Shown: positions 1 through 12,450 of the stretch, piece by piece
Position numbering within the stretch: position 1 is the stretch's first letter
Layout of the letters: each line of letters opens with the position of its first letter
Assembly: GCA_902826395.1 (NCBI GenBank)
Contig: CADEER010000004.1
Location: 3,574-67,573 of the forward strand
Length of the DNA: 64,000 nt
DNA from: an uncultured bacterium
GTDB lineage: Bacteria; Desulfobacterota; Binatia; HRBIN30; CADEER01
Direction: 5' to 3'
Made by a program: the position numbers and the translations under genes
The notes under the pieces: generated by a model
The model's database searches: none
What the model was told of the DNA's origin: nothing
Seen by the model: the letters and a program-made list of their open reading frames with translations, nothing else

Positions 1-382
1 CTTCGCCTGCCGACGGCAGCGAGCAAGCCCGGCGATGTTCGCCTGACGCAGCGACATCGGTGTTGTAGGTCAGAAACGGATCCTCCGGACTGGCGGCGGC
101 GAGCTGGCGCAGATCGCCCATGAGCTCTTGCAGACGCGGCCAGTCGGTCGAGCGATCGCCGCTCAGTGCGACCTGGCCGACGGCGTGCCGTCTGCCGCGG
201 ATCAAATCGACATCGAGTTGTAGCTGCCGGACGTCGCCAGCCTGGTTGATGCGGCCACGGTTGAAGCGCACGAACGACGAATCCTCGGCGCGCAGGTGGC
301 AGGTGAACACCTCGTCGCCGGACAGCAGCTCCGGCATCGCCGCCGCGAGCGAGAAGAAGTAGTCGTGGGAGTCCGTCGACAT
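1..382 (-). CDS. pmbA: PmbA/TldE-like metallopeptidase, N-terminal part (gene continues beyond window start)
   Basis: A minus-strand ATG (plus 'cat' at 380-382) sits 2 nt downstream of the tldD stop. The translation MSTDSHDYFFSLAAAMPELLSGDEVFTCHLRAEDSSFVRFNRGRINQAG... stays open to the window edge. This is the classic tldD-pmbA adjacency. It is absent from the ORF track because no stop falls inside the window. Confidence 0.5.
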   Translation of the reverse strand, partial: MSTDSHDYFFSLAAAMPELLSGDEVFTCHLRAEDSSFVRFNRGRINQAGDVRQLQLDVDLIRGRRHAVGQVALSGDRSTDWPRLQELMGDLRQLAAASPEDPFLTYNTDVAASGEHRRACSLPSAGE

Positions 383-384
383 CG

Positions 385-1839
385 TCACTCGCCGCCGAAC
401 ACGTCGACGGCGCGAAAGCGGCAGGCCGGCGCGGCGTGCCCGACCCGCATGATCTGGTTCGGCTCGCCCTTACCGCAGAACGGAGTGCCGAGGACCTGCA
501 AGGTCGCGGCGCTGCCCACCAACTCGAGGCTGCGCCAGAACGTCGCCGACCGACCCCGATAGCTCGGATTCTTCACCACCTCGGCAAGTCGGCCGCCGCG
601 AATCCGCCGCCCGTACTCGCAGCCGAACTGAAACTTGTCGCGCGAGTCGTCGATCGACCACGAGCGATTCGTCTCCATGTAGACGCCGTCGTCGACTTCG
701 GCGAGGAGGCTCGCGAAGTCGGCGTTGCCCGGCTCGAGATTGAGATTCGCCATGCGGTCGATCGGCGGTCGATTCCAACTGCTGGCGCGCGCCGTCGCCG
801 CACCCGGCAGCCCGGCGCGGCGCTGCGAAACTGCGCCGCCGAGGGGTCGCAGCAGGACTCCGTCGCGGATCAGCGCTACCGGCTCGGCGGCCTGTCCGGC
901 GTCGTCGTAGGCGTAACTCGCGAGCTCACCGTCGCACGTCGGATCGAAGGTGATGTTGAGCTGAGCGGAGCCGTAGCGATAGCTGCCGAACATGTCAGGC
1001 GTGACGAAGCTGCCGCCGGCGTAGTTGCGTTCGTCGCCGAGGATGCGGTCGAGCTCGAGCGGATGCCCGATCGACTCGTGGATCTGCAGGATCATCTGAT
1101 CCGGGGCGAGAACCAGCGGCAGAGATCCGCTCGGACAGTTCGGCGCCGCGAGCAGCTCCAGCGCCTGTTCGCGCAGGCGGCTGCCACAGCTCCAGAAGTC
1201 GACCTCGTCCAGCACTTCGAGACCGCCCTGGCGGGCATAGGCGTGCCCGCCGAAGGTTCGCGTTTGCGTGTCGTTTTCGTCGCTAGCCGTGACCGCCGCC
1301 ATCGGCACCAGGTAGTCGAAGACCTGACTCACCAGTCCGCCCGCCGAGCCGCTGATCGACGACTCGACGCGGGTCCACCAGAGCGATGCCGATCGGTCGG
1401 CGATACGCGCGTCGCCACCCATCGACTGCGACAATGAGATCAGCCTATCCACCTTTTCGGCGTACGGCTGCGTTACCCACGCTCGCGCGATGGGGCTGCG
1501 GTACTCACCGCTGCGCGGCTGCGGCAGCTCCGCGTTCTCGGTGCCGCGTCGTGTCGCATGGAGCGCCCATTGCGCGGCTCGCTCGTAGGCGCCGCGCAAC
1601 CCGTCGTCGCCCATGTCCGAGGTCGCGGCATAACCGACGCCGCCGCCGCGTGCCACGGTAACCATCGCCCCGAGATCGACGGCTCGGCGACCCGGCTCGG
1701 CCACGTCGCGCCGCACGGCCAAGGTCTCATCGTCCTGGCGCACGATCCGCAGAGTCCAGGAATCCGAACCGCTACCGGTCGGCGGAATGTCTCGGAAGCG
1801 CCTGTGCGCGGCATCGATCGACTCATGCATCGGACTCAT
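385..1839 (-). CDS. tldD: TldD-family Zn metallopeptidase (the track ORF is 688 aa; likely true start is an internal Met giving ~484 aa)
   Basis: Shows the HESIGHPLELD...GGSFV motif typical of the TldD/PmbA family. Internal Met codons at 1839 and 1830 give an E. coli-like length. The longer ORF would overlap the divergent asd. Confidence 0.75.
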   Translation of the reverse strand: MSPMHESIDAAHRRFRDIPPTGSGSDSWTLRIVRQDDETLAVRRDVAEPGRRAVDLGAMVTVARGGGVGYAATSDMGDDGLRGAYERAAQWALHATRRGTENAELPQPRSGEYRSPIARAWVTQPYAEKVDRLISLSQSMGGDARIADRSASLWWTRVESSISGSAGGLVSQVFDYLVPMAAVTASDENDTQTRTFGGHAYARQGGLEVLDEVDFWSCGSRLREQALELLAAPNCPSGSLPLVLAPDQMILQIHESIGHPLELDRILGDERNYAGGSFVTPDMFGSYRYGSAQLNITFDPTCDGELASYAYDDAGQAAEPVALIRDGVLLRPLGGAVSQRRAGLPGAATARASSWNRPPIDRMANLNLEPGNADFASLLAEVDDGVYMETNRSWSIDDSRDKFQFGCEYGRRIRGGRLAEVVKNPSYRGRSATFWRSLELVGSAATLQVLGTPFCGKGEPNQIMRVGHAAPACRFRAVDVFGGE

Positions 1840-1968
1840 GCATATCGACGGGGAGGGCTTGCCGCCAGTAGCGATTCCGTCCACGCTCATCGAATCGCTG
1901 GCGTTGATTCCCCGACGGATGCGCCGGATATAGACGCGATCGTCGCGCCAGCGGTGGAGGATTTGGAG

Positions 1969-2991
1969 ATGAGTGAAGCGAGCGGTTCGAAACCTGTGGT
2001 TGCAGTGGTAGGCGCGACCGGCGCGGTCGGCGAGGTCCTGCTCGACATCCTGGCGCAGCGCAACTTTCCGGTTGGTGACCTGCGGCCTCTCGCCAGCGAG
2101 CGGTCGGCCGGCACTTCGGTCACCTATCGCGGCAAGGCCTACGAGGTAGGTCTCGCCGAACCCAACGCTTTCGAGGGCGTCGACTTCGTTTTCTTCGCGG
2201 CTACCGGCGCCCTTTCGAAGGATCTCGCTCCCGAGGCTGCCAAGCGCGGCGCCGTCGCCATCGACAAGTCGAGTACCTGGCGTATGGACCCGCGCGTCCC
2301 ACTCGTAGTGCCGGAGATCAACCCCGAGGCGCTGCGCGGGCACGAAGGCATCGTCGCCTGCCCCAACTGCACGACCATCGGCTTCGTCATGGCGTTGGAA
2401 CCCATTCGCCGCGCCGCCGGTTTGCGCCGCGTCATCGTGACTACGATGCAAGCCGTGAGCGGCGCCGGCAGACCTGGGCTCGACGAGCTCGAGAACCAGA
2501 CCGCGGCGATCGCGCGCGGGGACGAACCCGTGGTCGAGGCTTTTCCGGCGCGCATCGCGCAGAACGTGATCCCGCTATGCGAGACGTTCCGCGACGACGG
2601 CTACTCCACTGAAGAAGTCAAGCTACTCTTCGAGACACGCAAGATCTTCGATGCGCCCGAGCTCGACGTGACGATGACCTGCACCCGCGTGCCGGTGCCG
2701 ATCGGACACTCGGCGAGCATCTTCGTCGAGACGGAGAGGCCGCTTTCAGCCGAGGACGCGCGTCGCGCGTTGGCGAACTTCCCCGGGGTGACCGTCGTCG
2801 ACGACCCCGGCCGCAAGATCTTCCCAACGCCGCACGATGTCGCAGGTAAGGACGAGGTCATGGTCGGCAGGATTCGCAAGGATCTGAACGGCGATGGCCT
2901 CTGGCTGTTCCAGGTCGCCGACAATCTGCGCAAGGGAGCAGCCACCAACGCCGTGCAGATCGCCGAAACACTGCTTCGACAGCGCGGCTGA
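1969..2991 (+). CDS. asd: aspartate-semialdehyde dehydrogenase
   Basis: Starts MSEASGSKPVVAVVGATGAVGE (Rossmann fold) and has the NCTTIG active-site Cys motif, 340 aa. A GGAGG Shine-Dalgarno lies upstream of the ATG at 1969, in frame with track ORF 1558..2991. Confidence 0.9.
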   Translation: MSEASGSKPVVAVVGATGAVGEVLLDILAQRNFPVGDLRPLASERSAGTSVTYRGKAYEVGLAEPNAFEGVDFVFFAATGALSKDLAPEAAKRGAVAIDKSSTWRMDPRVPLVVPEINPEALRGHEGIVACPNCTTIGFVMALEPIRRAAGLRRVIVTTMQAVSGAGRPGLDELENQTAAIARGDEPVVEAFPARIAQNVIPLCETFRDDGYSTEEVKLLFETRKIFDAPELDVTMTCTRVPVPIGHSASIFVETERPLSAEDARRALANFPGVTVVDDPGRKIFPTPHDVAGKDEVMVGRIRKDLNGDGLWLFQVADNLRKGAATNAVQIAETLLRQRG

Positions 2992-3017
2992 GCTCGAACA
3001 TCGACCGGCACGGTTCG

Positions 3018-3060
3018 CCACCGACGGCCGATGTATTGATTTTCGCCGTCGGGCCTTCTT
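3018..3060 (+). terminator. possible stem-loop terminator after asd (ccgacggc...gccgtcgg followed by a T-containing tract)
   Basis: An 8-bp inverted repeat with a 16-nt loop lies just downstream of the asd stop. It is weak. Confidence 0.25.
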
Positions 3061-3138
3061 TACTCGGCGAATTCACGTTCAGCGTCGGGAGATGGCAGCA
3101 CACCTCCCGAGACGACCGCTCGCACGGAGGGAGGCATC

Positions 3139-5034
3139 ATGGCCAGCACGGAACCGCGTTTGACCACCGAAGAGGAATCACGTCGCGTAGCCGAAGAATC
3201 ACGCGAGACAGAATGGCAGGGACGCGGCTTCCTCAGAGAGCTGTTCCTCGGCCAATTCAGCGTCGATCTGGTACATCCGTTCCCGGCGGCTGGTAAGGAT
3301 CGCCCCGAGTTCGCCGCTTTCTACGAGAAGCTGCGCAACTTCCTCCTAAACGAAGTCGACTCGATCGCCATCGACGAGACCGGCGAGTACCCCGAACACG
3401 TCGTCGATGGCCTTCGCAAGCTCGGCGCCTTCGGAATGAAGATTCCCGTCGAGTACGGTGGCCTCGGATTCACAGTCTCCGAGTACTGCAAGGCGATGGA
3501 GATGATCGGCAGTTTCGACGGCAACATCACCGCCCTGCTGTCGGCGCACCAGTCGATCGGCGTCCCGCAGCCGCTCAAGCTGTTCGGCACCCCAGAGCAG
3601 AAGGAAAAGTACCTGCCGCGTTGCGCCGCGGGCGCGATCTCCGCGTTCGCCCTCACCGAGCCGCACGCCGGGTCCGATCCAGCCAGTCTCACCACCACGG
3701 CCAAGCGCGAAGGCGACTTCTTCGTGCTCAACGGCGAGAAGCTGTGGTGCACGAACGGGACGCTGGCCGAGCTACTGGTGGTCATGGCGCGCGACCCCGA
3801 CACCAACCGGATCAGCGCCTTCGTGGTCGAGACTTCCTATCCAGGGGTCAAGGTCGAGCATCGCTGCCGCTTCATGGGACTGAAGGCGCTCGCCAACGGC
3901 GTCATCAGCTTCAAGGACGTGCGCGTGCCGGCGGAGAATCTGATCGGCGGTGACGGCAAGGGATTGAAGATCGCGCTCATCACCCTCAACACCGGGCGCC
4001 TCACCCTTCCCGCCGCGTGCGCCGGCATCGCCAAGCAGTGCCTGGAGACGGTGCGCGGCTGGAGCGACGCCCGTCACCAGTGGGGTGTGCCGATCTGGAA
4101 GCACGAGGCGGTGTCGCACGAGATCGCCGACATGGCGGCGACGACGTTCGCGATGGACTCGGTCGCCAAGCTGGCCAGCCAGATGGCCGACCGGGGCGGC
4201 TACGACATCCGTCTGGAGGCAGCGGCCGCCAAGGAGTGGAACACGGTCAACGCCTGGGACATCGTCGATCGGACGCTGCAACTGCGCGGCGGCCGCGGGT
4301 ACGAAACCGAGAAGTCGCTCGTCGAGCGCGGCGAGACGCCGATCCCGGTCGAGCGCACGCTGCGCGATTGCCGCATCAACCTCATCTTCGAGGGATCGAG
4401 CGAGATCATGCACCTCTTCATGGCCCGCGAAGCGGTCGACAAGCACCTGCAGATCGCCGGCGCCGTCATCGACAAGAACAACGGCTTCTCGCAGAAAGCC
4501 GCCGCCATTCCCGGCATCGTCTCCAACTACGCCGTCTGGTATCCACCTCTCTGGTTCAAGGGCCTGACGAGCTGGAACAACTTCCAGGATTGGGGCCGCC
4601 TCGCCAAGCACATGCGCTTCATCGAGCGGCGCGCCCGCAAGCTGGCTCGCGAGAGCTTCCACGGCATGGCGCTGTATCAGGCCAAGATGGAGCGCAAGCA
4701 GGGATTCCTTTTCCGCTGCGTCGATATCGTCATGGAGCTGTTCGCGATGGCGGCAACCCTGTCACACGCCCGCCACCTGAAAGATTCCGGATCGCCCGAG
4801 GCCGAGCGCGCGATGGATCTCGCCGATCTCTTCTGCAAGCAGGCGCAGCGCCGGGTGAAGGATTCGTTCCGCGCCCTGTGGAGCAACGACGACAACTCTC
4901 TCAACAAGGTTGCGGCGCAGGTGATGAAGGGCGAGCACGCCTGGGTGTTGGAGGGTCGGCTCGACATGGGGTTCACGCCGGAGTCTTTCCAGGCGAAGGC
5001 CATGACCACGTCACCGCCGTCAGCGGCTGCATAG
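3139..5034 (+). CDS. acyl-CoA dehydrogenase family protein (long form, 631 aa)
   Basis: Has the ACAD fold signature (TEPHAGSD, FEGSSEIM and a C-terminal helical domain) and a GGAGGGAGG RBS. Confidence 0.8.
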   Translation: MASTEPRLTTEEESRRVAEESRETEWQGRGFLRELFLGQFSVDLVHPFPAAGKDRPEFAAFYEKLRNFLLNEVDSIAIDETGEYPEHVVDGLRKLGAFGMKIPVEYGGLGFTVSEYCKAMEMIGSFDGNITALLSAHQSIGVPQPLKLFGTPEQKEKYLPRCAAGAISAFALTEPHAGSDPASLTTTAKREGDFFVLNGEKLWCTNGTLAELLVVMARDPDTNRISAFVVETSYPGVKVEHRCRFMGLKALANGVISFKDVRVPAENLIGGDGKGLKIALITLNTGRLTLPAACAGIAKQCLETVRGWSDARHQWGVPIWKHEAVSHEIADMAATTFAMDSVAKLASQMADRGGYDIRLEAAAAKEWNTVNAWDIVDRTLQLRGGRGYETEKSLVERGETPIPVERTLRDCRINLIFEGSSEIMHLFMAREAVDKHLQIAGAVIDKNNGFSQKAAAIPGIVSNYAVWYPPLWFKGLTSWNNFQDWGRLAKHMRFIERRARKLARESFHGMALYQAKMERKQGFLFRCVDIVMELFAMAATLSHARHLKDSGSPEAERAMDLADLFCKQAQRRVKDSFRALWSNDDNSLNKVAAQVMKGEHAWVLEGRLDMGFTPESFQAKAMTTSPPSAAA

Positions 5035-5059
5035 TGCCGCGAGCCTCACGTACCTCGGC

Positions 5060-6328
5060 ATGACATACCGGGAGATGAGCGGCGCCGCCCTCGACGGCGA
5101 GCTGCGTGCCGTCCGACAGCGCCACCAGGAGCTGTCGACTCGCGGTCTGTCGCTCGACATGACGCGCGGCAAACCGTGCGCCGAGCAACTCGACCTCGCG
5201 AACGGAATCCTCTCTTGCGTCGGTCCGGCCGAGATCGCGGCCGCGAGCAGCGACCCGCGCAACTATGGCGGTCTCGACGGCTTACCGGAGGCGAAGCGGC
5301 TGTTCGCCGACTACATGGGAGTCGGTAACGACGAGATCCTCGTCGCCGGTAACTCGAGCCTGGCGTTGATGTACGACTCGCTCGTGCGCGCCTGGCTATT
5401 CGGCGTGCCCGGCTCGCCACGGCCATGGGGCAAGCTCGACAAGGTCAAGTTCGTTTGCCCGAGCCCGGGCTACGACCGCCACTTCGCGATTTGCGAAAGT
5501 CTCGGCATCGAAATGATCGTCGTCGACATGAACGGCGATGGGCCGGATATGGACGCCGTCGAACGCCTCACCGCCGCCGACGACTCCATCAAAGGCATTT
5601 GGTGCGTGCCGCGGTACAGCAATCCCACCGGAGTGACGTTCTCAGCCACGGTCGTCGACCGCCTTTCGTCGATGCGCGCCGCACCCGACTTCCGCATCTA
5701 CTGGGACGATGCATATGCGGTGCATCATCTCGACGACGATCCTCAGCCTCTGCCCAGCATCGTCGACGCGTGCAAGAAGGCTGGCAATCCGGATCGGCCA
5801 CTGCTGTTCGGCTCGACGTCGAAGATCTCGTTTGCCGGTGCCGGCGTAGCGGTCATGGCGGCGAGCACGGCCAATCTGAAGGATCAGATGCGCCACATGG
5901 GGATGCAGACGATCGGCCCCGACAAGATCAATCAGCTTCGACACGTGCGCTTCTTCCGCGACATGGCAGGGATCGAGGCGCACATGAAGAAGCACGCGGC
6001 GATCATTCGGCCGAAGTTCGCATCGGTCCGTGCCTCGTTCGAGGCAAATGTCTCCGGTACCGGCATCGCAGCGCTCAGCCAGCCGCGGGGCGGCTACTTC
6101 TTCAGCATGGACGGCCTGCCCGGTACCGCTGCTCGCACCGTGGCCCTCGCTGCCGAAGCGGGAGTCAAGCTCACTCCCGCCGGCTCGACGTTCCCGTTGG
6201 GCCGCGATCCACAAGACCGCAACCTTCGCCTCGCCCCGACCTTGCCCGGTCTCCCCGAGATCGAGCAGGCCATGGAGATCATCTGCAACAGCGTCCGCCT
6301 CGCAGCGCTCGAGAAGCTGTGCGCGTGA
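5060..6328 (+). CDS. PLP-dependent aminotransferase (class I/II fold)
   Basis: Carries a fold-type I aminotransferase signature with a candidate PLP-lysine in STSKISFAGAG. It is 422 aa. Confidence 0.6.
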   Translation: MTYREMSGAALDGELRAVRQRHQELSTRGLSLDMTRGKPCAEQLDLANGILSCVGPAEIAAASSDPRNYGGLDGLPEAKRLFADYMGVGNDEILVAGNSSLALMYDSLVRAWLFGVPGSPRPWGKLDKVKFVCPSPGYDRHFAICESLGIEMIVVDMNGDGPDMDAVERLTAADDSIKGIWCVPRYSNPTGVTFSATVVDRLSSMRAAPDFRIYWDDAYAVHHLDDDPQPLPSIVDACKKAGNPDRPLLFGSTSKISFAGAGVAVMAASTANLKDQMRHMGMQTIGPDKINQLRHVRFFRDMAGIEAHMKKHAAIIRPKFASVRASFEANVSGTGIAALSQPRGGYFFSMDGLPGTAARTVALAAEAGVKLTPAGSTFPLGRDPQDRNLRLAPTLPGLPEIEQAMEIICNSVRLAALEKLCA

Positions 6329-6337
6329 GCGCCGACG

Positions 6338-7738
6338 TCAGCTATTGAGGGGGCGGTTCGCGGCGGCGAGAACCGACTCGTGACTCATCTCGGACAGAGT
6401 CGGGTGCGGAAAGATCGCCTCGATGAGGTCGATATCGCGGGCCTCGAGAGTCCGGGCGATCGAGAAGCCGTGGATCAGCTCGGTAACACCTGTGCCGATC
6501 ATGTGGGCGCCCAACAGCTCGCCCGTCGCGGCGTTGACGACGGTCTTCACCATTCCCGCCTTGTCGTCGATCGCTAGCGCCATGCCGTTCGCCTGAAACG
6601 GAAATCTGCCGATCCGCACATCCAAGCCAGCAGCGCGCGCTGCCGCTTCGGTCATGCCGACGCTGGCGACCGGTGGTCGGGAAAAGGTGCAGGCCGGCAC
6701 CCGGCTGACGTCCAGCGGTCGAACATGCTCCAAGCCGGCGATGTGTTCGACACAAACAACGCCCTCATGGCTCGCCTTGTGCGCCAGCCACGGCGGGCCT
6801 GCCACGTCGCCGATCGCATAGATCCCGGGCTCGGCGGTGGCACTGAAGTCGCCCACCACGATATGGCCGCGCTCGACGGCAACCCGGGTGGTTTCCAACC
6901 CGAGGTTCTCGACGTTGCCGGCGATTCCCACTGCAACGAGGATCCGCTCGACCGACACCGGCGATTCCTGCCCCTTGCCGAGATCGATGACGGCTACCAG
7001 GCCGTCGTTGCCGTCCGGCTTCACCGAGCCGATTGCGGCGCTGGTGTGGATATCGATGCCGCGCTTTTCGAGCGCCTTCCTGGCGAGGTCCGAGATCTCC
7101 TCGTCCTCTTGCGGCAGAATGCGCTCCGCCATCTCGACGATCGTGACCGCGCATCCGAGATCGGCGTAGAAGCTGGCGAACTCGACCCCGATCGCGCCGG
7201 CACCGATCACCAACAGGCTTGCCGGCAGCGTCTTGGGAACCATCGCTTCCCTGTATGTGACGATACGCTCGCCGTCCGGCTCGATGCCGGGCAATGCGCG
7301 AGCCCGCGCTCCAGTCGCGACGATGATGTTTGCCGCACTCAGCTCGATGTCGCCATCCTGGGCAGCGACGCGCACCGCGCGCGGCCCGGTCAGCCGTGCC
7401 GTTCCTGAAATGACGTCCACCTCATTCTTCTTCATCAGGTACGCCACACCCTTCGAGAGACGCTCGGCAATCTGTCGCGACCGCTTCACCAGCTTGGCGA
7501 GGTCGACCTCGACGCCTCCGGCGCTGAGACCGAAGACGGCCAGGTTCTCGACCTGGTGCTTGACCTCCGCGGCATGCAGCAACGCCTTGGTCGGAATGCA
7601 TCCCCAATTCAGACACACGCCACCGAGGCGATCGCGCTCGACGACGGCGCTGCGCAACCCGAGCTGGCTGGCGCGAATCGCCGCCGTATAGCCGCCCGGA
7701 CCGCCGCCGATGACGATCAGATCGTAGCTGTCAGCCAT
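6338..7738 (-). CDS. lpdA: dihydrolipoyl dehydrogenase
   Basis: Has the FAD motif DLIVIGGGPGGY and the redox disulfide GGVCLNWGCIPTK. It is 466 aa. Confidence 0.9.
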   Translation of the reverse strand: MADSYDLIVIGGGPGGYTAAIRASQLGLRSAVVERDRLGGVCLNWGCIPTKALLHAAEVKHQVENLAVFGLSAGGVEVDLAKLVKRSRQIAERLSKGVAYLMKKNEVDVISGTARLTGPRAVRVAAQDGDIELSAANIIVATGARARALPGIEPDGERIVTYREAMVPKTLPASLLVIGAGAIGVEFASFYADLGCAVTIVEMAERILPQEDEEISDLARKALEKRGIDIHTSAAIGSVKPDGNDGLVAVIDLGKGQESPVSVERILVAVGIAGNVENLGLETTRVAVERGHIVVGDFSATAEPGIYAIGDVAGPPWLAHKASHEGVVCVEHIAGLEHVRPLDVSRVPACTFSRPPVASVGMTEAAARAAGLDVRIGRFPFQANGMALAIDDKAGMVKTVVNAATGELLGAHMIGTGVTELIHGFSIARTLEARDIDLIEAIFPHPTLSEMSHESVLAAANRPLNS

Positions 7739-7781
7739 CAGAGACGAGGGACCGGTTGCTGCAGCCGGATGGCGCGTCGGG

Positions 7782-8828
7782 TCACTTCGGAAGCTCTGCG
7801 GGCGGGTCGGCGTTCATCACATCCCCGGTCAACGCCCTCATGAACTCGACGAGATCCTGCTTTTCACTGGAAGTCAGGTTCAACACCTTCATATCGGACG
7901 ACAAGGTCGGATTCTTGATTCCACCCTTGTCATAGAACTCCACGACCGCCATCAGCGTCGCCTCGCTACCGTCGTGCATGTATGGCGCGGTTTCGACGAT
8001 GTTCCGCAGAGTCGGTGTCTTGAAGGCACCCTTGTCCTCCTCTTTCTTGGTGACCTCGTAGCGGCCGAGGTCGGGCTTCGGCTTGTCCATGCCGACTCCG
8101 ATGTTGCGGTAGTTCTCGTCCGTGAAGTTGAAGCTGGCGTGGCACTTCACGCAATTCGCCTTGCCGTTGAACAGCTCCATGCCGCGCACCTCCGCCGGGC
8201 TCATCGCGCTCTTGTCGCCGGCTTGATACCGGTCGTAGGCACTGTTGCCGCTGACGACGGTACGTTCATAGGCCGCGATCGCCTGGGCGATACGGGTCAT
8301 GTCGATCTTCGGATCGCCGAACGCCTTGGCGAAGAGCGGCGCGTAGCCAGATATGTTGCGGACCCTCTCGACGACCTCGTCGTGCGACCCCATCGCCATC
8401 TCGACCGGATTTGTAAGAGGGCCGTGGGCCTGGAGCTCGAGGTCGGCGGCGCGTCCGTCCCAGAACTGATCCGCCGAGAACAGCCGATTGATCACGGTCG
8501 GGCTATTGCGGCCACCCAGCAGACGCCCGACTCCGAGGGAAGTCCTCGCCGGATCCGCGAAGCCATGGAACGGATTGTGGCAAGTCGCGCACGATATGGT
8601 GCTGTCCTTCGAGAACCGATTGTCGAAGTAAAGAAACTTGCCGAGCTCGATCTTGGCGTCGCTCATCGGGTTCTCGTCCGGGATGTAGGCCGCATCCGCC
8701 TGCAAACCGAGAGGCAGTGTCATCGACCAACTGCCGGACTTGATCGTCTCGCGCTTGCCCGCGCCATCCGCAGCGTATGACGAAGCCGAGAACGCGACAG
8801 CGAGCGTGGTAAGAAGAATAAGGCGCAT
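7782..8828 (-). CDS. di-haem cytochrome c peroxidase (CCP/MauG family), periplasmic
   Basis: Two CxxCH haem motifs (CATCHNPFHGF and CVKCHASF). The signal peptide begins at MRLILLTTLAVAFSASSYA, an internal Met preceded by GGAGG. The track ORF extends to 8912. Confidence 0.8.
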   Translation of the reverse strand: MRLILLTTLAVAFSASSYAADGAGKRETIKSGSWSMTLPLGLQADAAYIPDENPMSDAKIELGKFLYFDNRFSKDSTISCATCHNPFHGFADPARTSLGVGRLLGGRNSPTVINRLFSADQFWDGRAADLELQAHGPLTNPVEMAMGSHDEVVERVRNISGYAPLFAKAFGDPKIDMTRIAQAIAAYERTVVSGNSAYDRYQAGDKSAMSPAEVRGMELFNGKANCVKCHASFNFTDENYRNIGVGMDKPKPDLGRYEVTKKEEDKGAFKTPTLRNIVETAPYMHDGSEATLMAVVEFYDKGGIKNPTLSSDMKVLNLTSSEKQDLVEFMRALTGDVMNADPPAELPK

Positions 8829-9062
8829 GGAAACCTCCGTTATCATCGAGTCCGAGAACGACAGCGAGAATAAGTGCGACCGCAGTTCCCCGCAACATCG
8901 CGCCGTCGACAATAGAATGTTCGACTGCGCCGCCAGTTACTTGACCCGCGCCGGTCGCCTTGTATTTTAGGCAAAATTCTATTCCCGATCGCGGCTGATA
9001 AGCGTTTCGAATGTTTCGATTCGCGGCGACGATGCGCGGACGGAGAGAGGAGATACTTCCGA

Positions 9063-9721
9063 ATGTCTGCCATAGCGGGCTTTCTGGCTTCGCCGATCGG
9101 GCGCAAGGTGCTGATGGCGCTGACCGGGTTGCTGCTGTTCCTTTTTCTCGTCACCCATCTCGCCGCCAACCTGCTGATCCTGATCGACGCCCAAGCGTAC
9201 AACGAGTACAGCCATGCATTGATCTCCAATCCGCTGATCTACATCGCCGAGATCGGCCTCCTGATTCTGTTCGTCGCCCACCTGGTGTCCGGAATCATTA
9301 TTTATAACCGCGGCCGCGCGGCGCGAATCTCTGCCTACGAGGAGCACCGCTGGGCGGGCGGTCCGAGTAGCAAGAGCGTCGCATCGACGACGATGATCCT
9401 GACGGGCGCCTTCTTCCTGATCTTCGTGCCGCTGCACGTCTGGACGTTCAAGTTCGGTACCTACTACGACGCGGGTGGCGGCGTCCGCGATCTGCACCGG
9501 CTGGTAATCGAAGAATTCCAGAACCCGCTGATGGTCCTGTTCTATGTCGTCGGAATGGCAATCCTCGGTTTCCACCTGTGGCACGGGTTCGGGTCGGCGT
9601 TTGAGTCCTTGGGCGTCACTCACAGCCGGACACTGCGCCGGGTTGGCAACGTGACAGCCGTATTGATGGCGGGTGGGTTCGCGATCATCCCATTGGTCAT
9701 TCTGTTGACGGGAGGCCTGCG

Positions 9722-9725
<4 letters not shown>
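9063..9725 (+). CDS. sdhC: succinate dehydrogenase/fumarate reductase cytochrome b subunit (Bacillus-type, 5-TM)
   Basis: A polytopic membrane protein with His ligands, sitting directly upstream of sdhA with a GTGA overlap. Confidence 0.75.
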
Positions 9726-11650
<1,925 letters not shown>

Positions 11651-11661
11651 GGGCACCGTCA

Positions 11662-12435
11662 ATGGAGACCGGAACCTTCACTTTGAATTTGCGCGTGTGG
11701 CGTCAGGCGAACGGCACTGCCGATGGACAGCTCGTCGAATACACGGCGCGCAACGTGTCGCCCGACATGTCTTTCCTCGAGCTGCTTGACGTCGTCAACG
11801 ACGATCTGGTCAAGCAAGGAAAGGACCCGATCGCCTTCGACTCCGACTGTCGAGAAGGCATCTGCGGTTCGTGCGGAATGGTCATCAGCGGTGTCGCTCA
11901 CGGCCCTCAGCGCGCCACTACCGCCTGCCAACTCTTCATGCGCCATTTCGAGGATGGCGACACGGTTACCGTGGAGCCCTGGCGGGCCAAGGCCTTCCCC
12001 ATCATTAAAGACCTCGTAGTCGATCGCAGCGCCTTTGATCGTATCCAAGCGGCCGGCGGTTACATCTCGGTCGACACGGGCGGCGCCGTCGACGCCAATG
12101 AAATGCTGATCCCCAAGGACTCTGCCGAACGTGCAATGGACGCTGCTTCCTGCATCGGCTGCGGCGCCTGCGTCGCGGCCTGCAAGAATGCCTCGGCGGA
12201 GCTCTTCATCGGCGCCAAGGTGACTCAGTTCTCGCTGCTGCCGCAGGGCCAGCCGGAGCGCAATCGCCGAGTCCTGGCCATGATCGAACAGAGTCAGAGC
12301 GAGGGCTTTGGCCCGTGCTCGAACGAGGGCGAATGCGAAGCCGTGTGCCCGAAGGAGATCAGCGTCGCACACATCCAAACCCTTCACCGGGAGTACACGC
12401 GCGCCTCGCTACGCCGCATCTTCGGCTTCAGTTGA
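11662..12435 (+). CDS. sdhB: succinate dehydrogenase iron-sulfur subunit
   Basis: 2Fe-2S motif [11 protein letters not shown] plus [11 protein letters not shown] and CPKEI clusters. Uses an internal ATG at 11662 of track ORF 11563..12435. Confidence 0.85.
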   Translation: METGTFTLNLRVWRQANGTADGQLVEYTARNVSPDMSFLELLDVVNDDLVKQGKDPIAFDSDCREGICGSCGMVISGVAHGPQRATTACQLFMRHFEDGDTVTVEPWRAKAFPIIKDLVVDRSAFDRIQAAGGYISVDTGGAVDANEMLIPKDSAERAMDAASCIGCGACVAACKNASAELFIGAKVTQFSLLPQGQPERNRRVLAMIEQSQSEGFGPCSNEGECEAVCPKEISVAHIQTLHREYTRASLRRIFGFS

Positions 12436-12450
12436 AGAGCGCTCGGATGG

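Noticed and set aside
385-2451. 688-aa form of the TldD ORF
   Set aside because: It would overlap asd by about 480 nt. The homologous length is about 480 aa from the internal Met codons near 1839, so the extension is a high-GC open-frame artefact.
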